Below the pieces are notes generated by a model. The model worked only from the letters and a program-made list of their open reading frames with translations, was not told the DNA's origin and ran no database searches. A stretch of DNA of 63,923 bases, filler included, from Octopus bimaculoides (lineage: Eukaryota): the NCBI RefSeq assembly GCF_001194135.2. It is 6 parts of 5 records of this genome, joined end to end, with 100 filler letters (N's around TTAATTAATTAA, not from the genome) between each part and the next. Parts side by side here need not be neighbours in the genome. Positions count along the whole stretch, not along the records: positions 21,847 to 52,116 come from NC_068989.1; positions 52,217 to 60,425 come from NC_068985.1; positions 60,526 to 62,734 come from NC_068999.1; 3 more parts are not named here. The stretch is one strand, 5' to 3'. This document shows, one piece after another, positions 48,424 to 62,350 of the stretch. Position 1 is the stretch's first letter. Each line of letters starts with the position of its first letter. The position numbers and the translations under genes were made by a program.

Positions 48424-49819
48424 TGTGTGTGTGCGTGTATGTTCCCGCGTGAGTATAAAATGTTTTTGTTTGTACTTATAATTTAGTTTTGGAAGTATAC
48501 ATATCAAAAGTAACTTTAAATGGAAAAATAAGGATGACCAGATATCTTAAATCAAAATAGAACTTGTAACGTATGCAATACATAAAATGTGGCTTGAAAT
48601 TAAAATCGTGACTAATATTTTCATATATGCATAGAGCCAAGTGCCAATTTAAAAACCTAAAAGCAGTCTCATAGCAACTGTCGCCAAACAGCAGACCCAG
48701 AACCACTCAACATTTCATATATAATGATATCCAACATCAGCTTCTAATACGCTTCCCCCACCTATATGTTTCTTTAACATTTTCACTACACATTGACGAC
48801 CGTCCACACATATAAGTGTATCCATGAGTTGTTACTGTCACAATATTGAAATTTGAACTTTTTGCAATTTCAGTATTTGTATCTCGTAACACCGCATTTT
48901 GCAACTCAGAAATTTTACTTTCGAATTTTGAAAGTCTGGATACTGGTAATCTTTTAACTCCGATTTTCTGTACTCCATCCGCTCACACTTTTAAAATTTG
49001 TAAATTTGCAACGCAATATTTTACAGGATATGATTGTTACATTTATAAATGCATAGTTTACCTTTATTGACATACCACGTTTTATATGTATATAGTATAC
49101 CACAATATTTCTATAATGTTCTTTGTAATTTGACAGTCTCTATACTTGTAGCACTTAGCATTTTGATTTTACTATCTCGGATTTTGTCCTTTGTGATTTG
49201 TATATATATAAATTCATATTTCTGTCCTTGGCAATTTTACCGCACTTTTCACATCTCTGTAAACTTGTAAATCAGCAATTCTACATTTTTATTATCCTGT
49301 ATTTCCGTATATCTCTAAATTCTTAATTTTGAACAGTGCATCTCATGAAATATTGTAGGTCTGCAAATAAAAGATGGCTAATTTGCACAGTCAGTAGAAC
49401 GTTCAAAAGAATGTCTTTCGTTATTTGCCCCGTCCTTTTGCTTTCTTAGTTCAAATCTTGTCACTGTCAAGCTTGCATTTTATCTATTTTTTGTCGGTAA
49501 TGATAGTACCAATATAGTCCTTGGGTTGACAAAACTGATAGAGCACAGGACAGGATTTTATGCAGAAAGTGTTCCAGTTCTTTGTGTCCTGACAGCTACG
49601 CCCTGTCATGACACTAGCCTTGCTTTTCCTCTTGACCACATGAATGGCATTTAATAGCTCGAGACAAAGATGACAAATGAAAATTTTTTTCCCAAGTGTT
49701 TCTATACATCGTGGGTTAAACGTACAAGCAAATACATGCAAATATATTTGTCACTGCGAAACTGAACTCCATTTTTAATAGCGTCGAATAATTCATGAAG
49801 CTATGCGACGCCATCTTCA

Positions 49820-49859
<40 letters not shown>

Positions 49860-51249
49860 NNNNNNNNNNNNNNNNNNNNNNNNNNNNNNNNNNNNNNNNN
49901 NNNNNNNNNNNNNNNNNNNNNNNNNNNNNNNNNNNNNNNNNNNNNNNNNNNNNNNNNNNNNNNNNNNNNNNNNNNNNNNNNNNNNNNNNNNNNNNNNNNN
50001 NNNNNNNNNNNNNNNNNNNNNNNNNNNNNNNNNNNNNNNNNNNNNNNNNNNNNNNNNNNNNNNNNNNNNNNNNNNNNNNNNNNNNNNNNNNNNNNNNNNN
50101 NNNNNNNNNNNNNNNNNNNNNNNNNNNNNNNNNNNNNNNNNNNNNNNNNNNNNNNNNNNNNNNNNNNNNNNNNNNNNNNNNNNNNNNNNNNNNNNNNNNN
50201 NNNNNNNNNNNNNNNNNNNNNNNNNNNNNNNNNNNNNNNNNNNNNNNNNNNNNNNNNNNNNNNNNNCTATTTGTAATAATATCATCTCTTTTACGCACAC
50301 ACGTACATATACACTAACACACATATATATGAATCCATTGGTTTCGTGTACACTTGCTTCAATATTAGATAGCGTGTGGGTGTCACACTTGTCCAGAGAG
50401 TCTGACGTCTTACACTTACTCACAAGACACATACGTGCATTAGCTAGATAAAGTGATAAGCAGATGTGTGCATTTGTGTGTGTATATGGATACACACACA
50501 CACACTCACACACACACATATATATATATATGTGTGTGTGTGCGTGTGTGTTGTGTGTGTTTGTGTGTGTGTGTGTGTGTGTGCATGTGTGTGGATTAAA
50601 ATGCGATTTCCTTTGAAACTTTATCGACGGCAGAATAACGAATACTACTTTTTATTTGATTAATGTTCAGCAAGGCGTAAAACCTACTGAAGCAATTTTA
50701 TATTTCTGCTTACCAAAAACAGCAACTAAAATGTATTTCTATCTCTTTTGAATTCTACAGTGAAACGTTTAAAAACAATAGTGTAACTATTTTAAACTCC
50801 TCCTATATTTCTAACACGTCTTATGCATAAATATTATATCATTACTTACTCACGCCAACGATTACTTAGTTATTATTATTACTTAATATGATTTCATTAT
50901 TCAATCACGCCAATGATAAATTAGAGGTATGTAAATTGATTAAACCATTGCAGTTAAATTCTAGTGTGAGGGAGGTACAAATATCTATTTGCTATAAACT
51001 TTTTTGTAGTCAGAGAAACGAAGCGTCCTTGTCTTCAGGCGTCTGACCAACAGGTATTGATATTTTATATCACAGCGAAAACCTTTAAAAACGGTTAAGA
51101 ATCCTAATACATATTATTATGTACTTGGAATAAATTTTAAAAATTCATTAATTATGAATAAATGCGCATATAGAAATATAAATTAAAGATTATGTTATGG
51201 TCCACACACCTAATTACATATAATATGCCTTGTACACACACACACACAC

Positions 51250-51321
<72 letters not shown>

Positions 51322-52081
51322 GAATCAACATAAAATTGGTGTATATGTAACGACAAAGGTAAACACAGTGGAGCCATCTTTATTGGCATCTGGGCTGGTG
51401 GGGTTCAAATCGTGAAAGATAAGGATAACTGTGACATTTACCCAGAAATACTTGGTAGATAAACCCCGACTGATAGAGGTAAAAGTACATGCTACATATG
51501 AGGTCTTCCTGTAAAAACCACAGGAACTTAAGATTACCACCATAGAAAAGAAACCTTATAATTTAGGAAAAGATTAACTTCTTAGTTTTCCATGTTCACC
51601 AGCCAATATTATACTAATAATGGATGACATTGTACAAGACTTTCAATTAAGAATAGCACCTTGTGTCTTAGAAAAGCAGACCACATACAGAGGACGATAT
51701 CATTGCTTCATTTTGTGTGAAAGTATCAACTCTCAGCATTGCAAATCTAACCCACTAAATTACTTGCCAGTATTCATATCATTCGACGCTCTTCTACATT
51801 TTTTCAGTAATCCATTATTTAGCAGCCTTCTTGTCTTGTCTGTGAAATAGAGCTTGCACACATTGTGTGAGTTGTATATCGAGAGTTAAAAGCAGTAATG
51901 ATTATCACCTATAGAAGGAGATCAATACAATATGTAATGTATTGAGATATATGTTGATATGACATTAAACAACATTAATTGAGCAGAAAATCATGTATAA
52001 TACTGCTTCCGTCACTAATAACAAATTACGTGGCTTCGGGCTGACCAAAGCTTTGTGAGCGGATATAAATATATATCAATC

Positions 52082-52116
<35 letters not shown>

Positions 52117-52216
52117 NNNNNNNNNNNNNNNNNNNNNNNNNNNNNNNNNNNNNNNNNNNNTTAATTAATTAANNNNNNNNNNNNNNNNNNNNNNNNNNNN
52201 NNNNNNNNNNNNNNNN

Positions 52217-52490
52217 GTACTCTTTCTTTATTTTTTCTTTCATTTGTGTATGTTGTATCCTATCTAGTTCATTGACTCCTAAATACTTATATGGTTGGCT
52301 TTCGTCTAGTTCTCTTATTTCATTGGCTTTATCTAGTGTTATATTGCTACTTTTAACTAATTTTCCTCTTTTCAGGGTTGCTTTGGCACATTTTTCTAAT
52401 CCGAATTTCATATCTATTTCCTTGGTAAAGCCGTGTACTGTCTGTAGTAGTGTTTCTAGCTCTTTGTCGTTTTTTGCATATAATTTTAGA
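52217..52490 (-). mobile_element. R4/Dong-like reverse transcriptase fragment
   Basis: LKLYAKNDKELETLLQTVHGFTKEIDMKFGLEKCAKATLKRGK...YKYLGVNELDRIQHTQMKEKIKKEY; RT subdomains after YxDD, 5'-truncated next to (TAA/CAA)n. Confidence 0.85.
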
Positions 52491-52540
52491 TTATTATTAT
52501 TATTATTATTTTTATTGTTGTTGTTGTTGTTGTTGTTGTT

Positions 52541-52667
52541 ATAACATCGACAAATACCTTAGGAATGAGAACCCAGGTGATGAAGGCTGGAGGGTATATT
52601 AGCCGAAACGTTTTGTTAACAACACACAGGATGAGGACAAATATCCGTGAAATGTAAATAATGTACT
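52541..52667 (+). mobile_element. Family P Penelope terminal repeat, internally deleted
   Basis: gtgatgaaggctggagggtatattagccgaaacgtt; stem I and core C3 are lost. Confidence 0.75.
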
Positions 52668-52772
52668 TCCAAAACTTATATTCTTTATTTCTCGAAAGAA
52701 CTGCCGTTGTCTGCAACATCAAAACACATGGAGACTCGAAATATTTCCTTCGCAGTCGCTCGAACTGCAGTT

Positions 52773-52820
<48 letters not shown>

Positions 52821-53664
52821 AAAGTTGAAACTGATTGTTGGCATTCCACTAGATACCAGAAGGCAACCGTCGCTCATTTGTTGCATTTACAATTCGTACA
52901 TTCTCCAGCAATTCCCTCAGCAGCTGAGGATTGCCGCGCATTTAAATTGATGTAATGGTTGTATTGTTCAATTAAATGGAGTTGCCTGAAACGATCGTAC
53001 TGCATTTCCTCTGGATATCCCTGTTGCTTATTTTGATTCTAATCACCTTCTTTTGAAATTGTATAGAAAATACCGAACTAAATTATGGTGCCTCAACTTA
53101 AGTACCATATTCATCTGAATCTAAATATTTGCTGAACTCCTATATATATATGTATATATCCCATTACTTCTGAATTTATATAAAACTCCCTAGAGATATG
53201 GGTCTTAGATAGATTGAAGAAACGTTATTTCTTTTGTAGTGAACACCCTGTTAGACCTCTGGCCCCATGGCGGCAATTAACTTCCTTATTTCTACATTCA
53301 GTTACATCTATTAAATCAAATATCTAACCTTCCTTGAAACGTGTAAGATTTGTCTTTTGTAAAATGCATTTTGTTTTGTACTTTACTGACGTAGATCAGG
53401 AATATTCTCAAAGAATTCTCGTGTTTCTCTTGAGATTTATTTATATTTCATCTGCATTAGAAAAGAATATTTCTAACGTGTTCTCCTTTTGCCTCTGTCT
53501 GCCTGTCTCCCTGTGTTTATATGTGAGAGCTTACATCTCTTTATGTATATGAAGAGAGAGGAAGTATTTATGCCCATCATTTTCAATTAATAAATTGTAA
53601 TCTCTCTCGTTCACATCTCCCACGAAGTCTCTCTATCTGTATGTGTGTATTTCTATAATCGCAG

Positions 53665-53818
53665 CGCGCGTACGTGTGGCCATCCATCTGAATTTGTCGC
53701 CATTGCTGAAAAGTACTGTCGCAAAAACGGGTTCAATTCGCCTTCACCCGTGCCGAATCACCAATGTCCAAAAGAGCCGCGCTCGGTCGTCTCAAATCGC
53801 TATAACAATCATTTCTAA
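53665..53818 (+). CDS. Candidate terminal coding exon of an unidentified gene
   Basis: tttctataatcgcag| then open frame ARTCGHPSEFVAIAEKYCRKNGFNSPSPVPNHQCPKEPRSVVSNRYNNHF*; CpG-rich against its flanks; no family recognised. Confidence 0.25.
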
Positions 53819-54489
53819 TGCAATGTTTGTATCGGATTTGTCCATAGCATACTGTGGATATAGAAGAGAATAGCTATATGATAGCGTGGTTATATTATGG
53901 TGTAATTATGGTATAGAGTGGCTATTGTATTGTATCACTATGTAATAATTAGAGAATACCATTAATATTCAATGTAGTTCTGCAATCGATCAACTCGGAC
54001 AGCTGTGACTAAAACCATGTAGATACAGAGAAGGACATTATATTTCACACGCCCATTGCATTGTGTTTATTTAATTGCAATCTTGAGATCTAGACAATAA
54101 ATTTTACAAATTTGTAGAGAAATTGCTCTGTCAATCAATATTGATTATTATTATTATTGTTTTTATCACTAGGGAAAAGCCAGACTTTACAGACAGTACA
54201 GAAGACGAACATATTGATAGTGAAACTGTAATACTACTGTTAATGTTGAAGATTGGTTACAAACGAAAGACCATGCCGGAGAGATTTGAACTGAAGCGTA
54301 GGAGGAAATTAATAAATTCACCTTTTTTGCCATCTTGCTTCTGTCCTATCAAAATCATTTTCTTTTCACTAAAGAAAATGTTCTATGGTTATGTTAAGCA
54401 TAAATGAAAACACATTTCGGTTTTGGGAAGCAACAAGCTGAAAAGGATGCTGGAATTTCATGTGCTGACACAGCAATGCTCCAACGTCA

Positions 54490-54860
54490 GCATTCGAAAA
54501 TTGATAGAGGATGGATCGGTAAAAGAAAAAGCTAAACTTCGTAGTCTTTATTCCAGTTGCGTTCCTATCCTCACCTAAATTCATGAAGGTTACCTACTGA
54601 GCGAAAAAATACGATCATGTATACAAACGGCCGAAATGATGTTGTTCCGAAGGCTATCTAGAATAACATTAGTCGACCATGTGCGTACCTTGGAGACACA
54701 GCTGTTGCTCCAGGTCGGGCTGCTATTTCTTCCTATTCAGAGGTTATAGCTTCGGTTCCACGGAGATGTGATTAGAAGGTCACACGAAAGAATTGCAGCA
54801 CAGGTTGCTGATACAGCGGAAACCGGTACATTTACCTAAGGATAGACAAAGAACCATAGT
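54490..54860 (+). mobile_element. RTE-clade LINE C-terminal remnant, old
   Basis: AKLRSLYSSCVPILT*IHEGYLLSEKIRSCIQTAEMMLFRRLSRITLVDHVR...LRFHGDVIRRSHERIAAQV; matches the RTE pattern KL..VPILTYGxE..AEM.FLRR..LRWxGHVxR. Confidence 0.75.
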
Positions 54861-55938
54861 TTAAAATTTTAACGCTGGAAAATCGAGCCAGTTAATATAA
54901 TGGTGTTTGCTTATGATAAAACTCTATGGAGGGTGAATACGAGGACTGTACACCCGCATCACTTCTTGGAATGGTGAACGAAAAAGATGAATAGCTGGAT
55001 TAGCATTGCTATATTAAATCAGAATATAGCATCAAAAATCCAATTCTTTATTTCATACTTAAGGAAAGAAAATAACTTCGTATCTAGTCACCGCTTGCTA
55101 TCATAGATATTTATGAAATAATTCTTCTTATATAAATCTTCTCAATATAAAATACCAGATGAGGAGCTGTCGACTTAGAAAAGCTTTCCTCAATGTTATT
55201 TTTTTCTTATTCAGATCAAAGTAATTTGCAACTTAGTACGTATAATAAATTAAATCTCTCAATGATAAATCAAAGATATTGCTTTTCTTATTCCCCTCTT
55301 CAATGAGAACTTTCTATTTGTGATTTTCATAAGTAGGTTGTGTCTGATGACGTAAACGTATGCATATTTAGATGGAACTAAACCTAAGATTCAGTTTCTA
55401 ATTACAATTATAACCAATTAATATAGAAATATAAACGCACAGCTAAAATTCTCTGTGAGAATGTATTCTTTATCTTCTACTACCATGCTTGTGTGTGTTT
55501 GCGCTTATATATAAATATATAAGACAATTACCATGAATACAGAGATTAGTTCATCTGCATATTTTCTAATTCCGAAGTCAATTATACAGATTATTTGATT
55601 TAAATGTACCCGACGCACAGTTCGGCTCTATAGACATCTAGCAATTGCGTTTGCATACAGAATATCTCGACTGGTTCAGAATCAACGCAACTTTATTCAA
55701 CATCCAGATGTACTAACCCCTACATTCATAGGAGTTGACTTGGATATATGCTCCGTAAAATCCGGAGAAGCGAACCTAGGATTTGCTCATCAGGTGAAAT
55801 ACATTAGGATTACTTACCTTAATTAATCCTAGGTGTCCCCTTACAACTCGATCATTTTTAGACATAACTTGGATTATAACTTCATGCTCGTACAGTACCC
55901 GCCTGAATAATTTATCCATACCTATTCCTTACACACAC

Positions 55939-56001
<63 letters not shown>

Positions 56002-56076
56002 TGTGTGTGGCGAGGTGTCTATATGTGTGCGTGTGTGCGACTGAGTATATTCATATACACATATATGTATGCATAC

Positions 56077-56177
<101 letters not shown>

Positions 56178-56226
56178 CATCCATACATATATACATCCAT
56201 CCATTCATCCATCCATCCATACATAC

Positions 56227-56267
<41 letters not shown>

Positions 56268-57214
56268 CTCTTTTACTAGCTTCACCCATGCGGCTGCGAT
56301 CATGCTATTGTTGATCATGATGCTCATGTTGAAAGACTGATCCACTTTTGATAATATCAGCCATTCTTTGCAGGTTTCCTGTCAAATGTACTTTTACGTG
56401 CTTTTTTTATGAAGTGCATGGTTTGAGGCACATCTCACTGTTACTTCTACCATGTTAAACCAAACACTTAAAGTGTTCCCTTGATGGATGATTGTTTCCG
56501 TTTTACGTCATATCAATCATATTCTCCATTCTCCTATGAGCAACCATTCTTGGTATTTGATAACTGTGAACTAAATTTCTCACTCACCGCTAGATTAAAT
56601 TATCACGAGACATTATTTTAATTATCTTTATTCGGAAATGTACTCCGTGTAGATGACGTAATGGATTTTTCTTATAAATTCGATTCTCATTTTTCGTAAT
56701 TAACCGATTCCCAACGTAGAATGCAATCACAGTTCAAGACATCATTGATATGATGTTCTGTAATTGAGACAGAACAAAAGGTGAATCGAAAATGACGGGA
56801 ACATAGAAGGAAATAGAAAAATGGAAAGTTGACTAGTTCAGATGGAGATAGCTGCTGTTCATGTTTAGCTGCAAGTTAAATCTTAATACAAAAATGCTGA
56901 GACCAAGGAGTTCCACCCGTACCCATTCTGTTCTTCTGTTTTCGTTTATTTTATGAGCACCATGATGATCAGGTGATACATCTTTCTAGATTGTTAGACG
57001 AAGTTTGGCTTCGATAATTCTAGAACTATAATTCTAGTTAGTTCTAGAACTAACACTCAGAGGATTTAACTTTTACACGTTGTGTTATGACGTAACAAAC
57101 AGTAGTTAAAGTGTCCTCGAAATTGAATCTCAAGCCCTAGGAAGATTGTAAGTGAAGTTGAAATGTCGAAACAAATATTATAGTGAAGAATGGGCGATAT
57201 ACGTACTTGTATGT

Positions 57215-57775
57215 ATGTATGTATGTGTGTCATTATTCAGTTTATGTCAAGATTTCTTGCTAATAAAGGAAGAACTGGTTTCTAACCTAGATCCTAGACT
57301 ACGTCATTGGAATTTCAACATCAACAGTGTATTTTTGTATGTATGTATGTATGCATATATGTATGTATACAATTATGTATGTATATACTTATGCATGTAT
57401 GTATGTATGTATGTATGTATGTATGTATGTATGTATGTATGTATGTGTGTATGTATGTATTAGTGAATGTATGTGCAGATTTGTATGGTTTATGTTTGGA
57501 TTCTGAAACATATAGTTGCATATGCTCACATATATTCAAATGATACTACTGAACATTGGGGGGGGCACTATACCGGCAGTAATAAACACATGCACTATGC
57601 GTGATTTTATTATTACCGGCACAATGGCCCTCCCAAAGTTCAATAGTATCTCTTTGAAGACACGAATTCACATCAAGAACCTTGCAAAGCAAATGCAAAT
57701 ACGAACCATGAAAATGATAAGCTTCTGGAAAGTTTTACATGTTTTTTACAGTTCAAGTGATGGATTGGATCTGTA
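57215..57775 (-). mobile_element. R4/Dong-like 3' end, homologous to 36289-36660, with about 170 bp of extra internal sequence
   Basis: Shared tacagatccaatccatcact.gaactgtaaaa and tgaaattcca..gatct.ggttagaaa..gcaaga.atcttga.ataaa.ctgaataa. Confidence 0.7.
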
Positions 57776-57991
57776 ATGTATGTATGTATGTATGTATGTA
57801 TGTATGTATGTATGTATGTATGTATGTATACACGTATGTCTATATGTAAGCATGCATGCATATATGTATATATCTATGTTGGAGAGTGTGACTAGCTAGC
57901 CGAAACATCGAAGCCATTGTCAATAATATATGTGTGTATGCGTGTGAGTAAGTGTGTGTATGCATGTATGCATATAACAAAATATATAAAC

Positions 57992-58025
<34 letters not shown>

Positions 58026-58849
58026 GTAAATATTCATATATACATACATATGCATATATAATCACACACCGACACGCATACACATACACAAATATATAAG
58101 TACATGCATATTCCTCCGGATATATTTTCACTCCTTTCATTGAATTGTCACATGTAGTAAATATTTGGTGGGAAATCACTTAAAAATTAATCAAATATGC
58201 ATTACCTGAAGTAGTGGCGATTTATGGAAGCATCAACTTATACAATGTTACATGATATTGCATAAGATTAAATGTCGAGTTTTATTATACCCGTGATCTG
58301 AATAAAATGCGTAGCAATACCAAACACACCTACTTGTTTAATTATGTATACATATATGTGCATATATGTGCATATATGTGCACATGATGTCACGAACTGT
58401 GCAAACAACATGAAAAACGTATGCAAACGTGTCAAATGCGTAAACTATACAAAAAAATGGAAAACAGGACAAGCGAACACAGAGTAAGGACCATTCATTA
58501 ATTGTCGGATGTCTATCTACTCCTCATTCCGAGCATTCAACGACAATATGAGTCATCAAAGACAGTTGCTCCCATTCATTCTAAAATAAAACTTAGGATT
58601 TATTGGGAATCAAATTTGGGAACAAAAACAGAATAGTGGAGACATACAAGTAAGCCGAACAAAAATAAAAATGGAGGGCCGTTAGACCAGAACGAGAGGA
58701 AATAGTAAACGGTGGGAGGAATATGTTTTTCTTTTTTTTGAAAAGAGAAAAGACAGAAGACAGAGAAATAAACGTCCAGTCTTTTGAACGTCCGTGCAGG
58801 AAGAGAAAGATGGTCACGTGAAGAAAAGTAAGATGGACGATGCACACGT

Positions 58850-59300
58850 GTGAACAACGAGAGAGAGAAAAACGGAAAAAGGAGAGAGAGAGATAGAAAA
58901 CTTTGTAAAAGGGAGGGTGAAAAAATGGGAATTAGAGAAGGATAAAGGAAGACGACAGCATAGCGTAGAGTCGCATCAAAAAGGTGAGCAGATCTATGAC
59001 AAAAAGTTCTAGCTATGACTGTCCAGTATGTTCTCAGGATCAGTACTTGCTGTTTCTGCGCTCTCGAGCACATAGTGTATCAAGCTGCCGCCATTGGTTT
59101 CTGTTGGTTTCTATTTTCTCAACATCAGGTCATGTGATTTTGGCCTCTTTCCTATCTGGTATACTTCGTCCTTTCTCGATATTATTTTGCAGGTTCAGAT
59201 TGTTGGTCCAACGTTATTTTTTTCTTCCTTTGTCCGGACTTAGGAAAAACATGTCGCGATGTAACTACGAAGACCGAATTCCAGTATGTCTTAGAACCAT
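58850..59300 (-). mobile_element. Possible highly decayed Penelope-like coding remnant
   Basis: Fragments such as TCKIISRKDEV and RAQKQQVLI loosely resemble the PLE region around GIY-YIG; weak. Confidence 0.25.
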
Positions 59301-59772
59301 TCGCAACATTATCCTTCGAGTCCTTTTTAGACGTGAAATGTGCTCCGATTCTATTTTGGACGTGGAATATGCTTGAAGTAAATCTGATTGCTACTTCTAG
59401 CACCACGAACGTATGCTTAGATGCCCCATATAAATAGTAAGATTGTGCATACAAGAATCAATTTTAAAATCTGTAGAATTAAGTGAGGACTGAGATTGCC
59501 GTATTACAATGAGGAGAAACAAGAATAAAAAGAAGAAAACCATTTTGCAAATAGGCAGTCCTGATTTTAATTTAGATTTCACGGATATTCCATAAAAGAA
59601 AATACTGAATAAGTTTCAAAACAATTTCTTCATTCAATGAAAGAATGTCATTCAGTCATAAGCTTACACAAACAAAAATATCGCGACACGTAGACATATA
59701 TTTACGCCTATACATTCATATGTATATACATATACCATACACACAGACACACACAGACACACAGACCCCCCC

Positions 59773-59805
<33 letters not shown>

Positions 59806-59942
59806 CTGCGTCCCACATTATTAAGAAAATCAACCGTCTCTTGATAAATAAATGTACATTCGTTCAGAACCAGTTGTTTTTCTCACTGGCTGTTGACAAT
59901 ACCTATCTGCGCACATTCTCTTAAAATAAACCGGATCTGTGC

Positions 59943-59977
59943 TGACGCCAATAAATGGCGGCCATTTTTGTGATTGG
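59943..59977. promoter_or_regulatory. Symmetric motif cluster (TGACG, CCAAT, two YY1-like sites, reverse CCAAT)
   Basis: TGACG CCAAT AAATGGC G GCCATTT ttgtg ATTGG. Confidence 0.3.
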
Positions 59978-60987
59978 GCAACATTTTCATCGTCACAAAT
60001 TATTAGGCAAGTATATTGATAATAATAATTACGCCATGTGACTTGGAAGCAAGCTTCTAAAACACAGTCACACGTAATATATGGATACACGACACACGTC
60101 TACGTGTCTGTTTCACATGAAATATTAAACAAATGCATATGATCATAGAACGTAGTTGTTATATTTAGAAAGAACAAAACACATATTAAAAATTACCGCA
60201 CGTATATACACCCACGCGCCTAAACAGACAAAGATTACTAAAAATATGAGTAGGTGATGCATGATAAAAACACACGCATACGAAAATCTTTATTGAATCA
60301 GAATCTATGCAATCTAAAATGAGCACACCTACGAGAAAACTTATGTGTAACATTTCTATTTCTCCCTCACGCACACAGACACACACATGTGCATATAAAA
60401 ACGTATATGTATATGTATATATATANNNNNNNNNNNNNNNNNNNNNNNNNNNNNNNNNNNNNNNNNNNNTTAATTAATTAANNNNNNNNNNNNNNNNNNN
60501 NNNNNNNNNNNNNNNNNNNNNNNNNCGAACATTGAGAATCAAAGACTGGCCAGATATGTTCTCCACCAATAAACCCGACCAAAAGCTAGAAACAGATCGA
60601 ATGATGTCCATGTCTACAAACCTTCATCTCTCGATCCACTATCGTGTGCGTCTGTTGTACTGATTACATCACTTTTAGAACTTCGCAGAAATTGTCTGGC
60701 AGAACAAGTTTAGCCATAGCAGCTGCTCTACAATTAAATTTGATTCTATAGAATTCTTGACAGACAGACTTGGAAAGAGATGTTAATTTAGTTCTGCAGG
60801 CATCTTTGTCGTATTCTTGTCCATTTGGTTAAGAGGAAAATGGAGTTCTTTGCGTCTTTGTGATAATAACCCTTGGTTTTCATTCACAATTTCTCTCTAC
60901 TGAACTTGCCTTTCGTTAAAATCGAAATCTTGGTGTTATTTTCAATACTGTTCCTCGCGAAATATATATTTCTGTGTCATTTCTTTA

Positions 60988-61197
60988 CTACCCACAAGGG
61001 GCTACATACAGAAGGGACAAACAAGGACAGACAAACGGATTAAGTCGATTATATCGACCCCAGTGCGTAACAGGTACTTATTTAATCGACCCCGAAAGGA
61101 TGAAAGGCAAAGTCGACCTGGGCAGAATTTGAACTCAGAACGTAGCGGCAGACGAAATACCGCTAAGCATTTCGCCCGGCGTGCTAACGTTTCTGCC
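60988..61197 (-). mobile_element. SINE family A, long-tail variant
   Basis: cccacaaggggcta..gggacaaacaaggacagacaaa tail plus core and head. Confidence 0.85.
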
Positions 61198-62049
61198 NNN
61201 NNNNNNNNNNNNNNNNNNNNNNNNNNNNNNNNNNNNNNNNNNNNNNNNNNNNNNNNNNNNNNNNNNNNNNNNNNNNNNNNNNNNNNNNNNNNNNNNNNNN
61301 NNNNNNNNNNNNNNNNNNNNNNNNNNNNNNNNNNNNNNNNNNNNNNNNNNNNNNNNNNNNNNNNNNNNNNNNNNNNNNNNNNNNNNNNNNNNNNNNNNNN
61401 NNNNNNNNNNNNNNNNNNNNNNNNNNNNNNNNNNNNNNNNNNNNNNNNNNNNNNNNNNNNNNNNNNNNNNNNNNNNNNNNNNNNNNNNNNNNNNNNNNNN
61501 NNNNNNNNNNNNNNNNNNNNNNNNNNNNNNNNNNNNNNNNNNNNNNNNNNNNNNNNNNNNNNNNNNNNNNNNNNNNNNNNNNNNNNNNNNNNNNNNNNNN
61601 NNNNNNNNNNNNNNNNNNNNNNNNNNNNNNNNNNNNNNNNNNNNNNNNNNNNNNNNNNNNNNNNNNNNNNNNNNNNNNNNNNNNNNNNNNNNNNNNNNNN
61701 NNNNNNNNNNNNNNNNNNNNNNNNNNNNNNNNNNNNNNNNNNNNNNNNNNNNNNNNNNNNNNNNNNNNNNNNNNNNNNNNNNNNNNNNNNNNNNNNNNTA
61801 TCAACACCACTTCCCCACCACCCGAACCACTCAACATACCATCACACCCACCACCCTACACTCCCCTAACCTCACCCCATCACACACACACACACTTAAA
61901 CCTCTCCACCGCCACCGTCCCTACTACATGCGCCACTCTCTAACAGCATACTCCTCCCACTCACCCCCACCCCACCATAACTTGGTCCTTACATTCTCCG
62001 CCTCCCGTTCAGTTTGTTGCCTTGGTAACGAGTCATTTGTATTTTCTAA

Positions 62050-62350
62050 ATTGTCATCATCGTTCTCGTTGTTGTTGTTGTTGCTGTTGCTGATGATGAT
62101 GGAGGAATTGGGGGTGGTGATGGTGGTGGTGGTGGTGGTGGTAATGATGATGATGGTATTGGTCATCTGGATGATGATGATGATGACGATGACGACGACG
62201 ATGACGAACAAGACGGTGACGGCGGCGGTGGTGGTAGTAGTGCTGAAGGTGGTGGTGACGGTGATGATGACGACGATGGTAATGGTGGTGCTGGTAATGA
62301 TAGTATAGATGTAGTTTGATGATGATGGTTGTGGTGGTGGTGGTGGTAGT
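62050..62350. repeat. Compound (GAT/GGT/GAC/GTT)n trinucleotide repeat
   Basis: Direct reading; source of the spurious poly-M/V/H ORFs. Confidence 0.9.

Noticed and set aside
51325-51543. 72-aa minus ORF and short plus frame
   Set aside because: No homology recognised and no consistent splice pair.
54123-54407. 94-aa plus ORF after a pyrimidine tract
   Set aside because: No family signature; adjoins a decayed RTE and is probably transposon debris.
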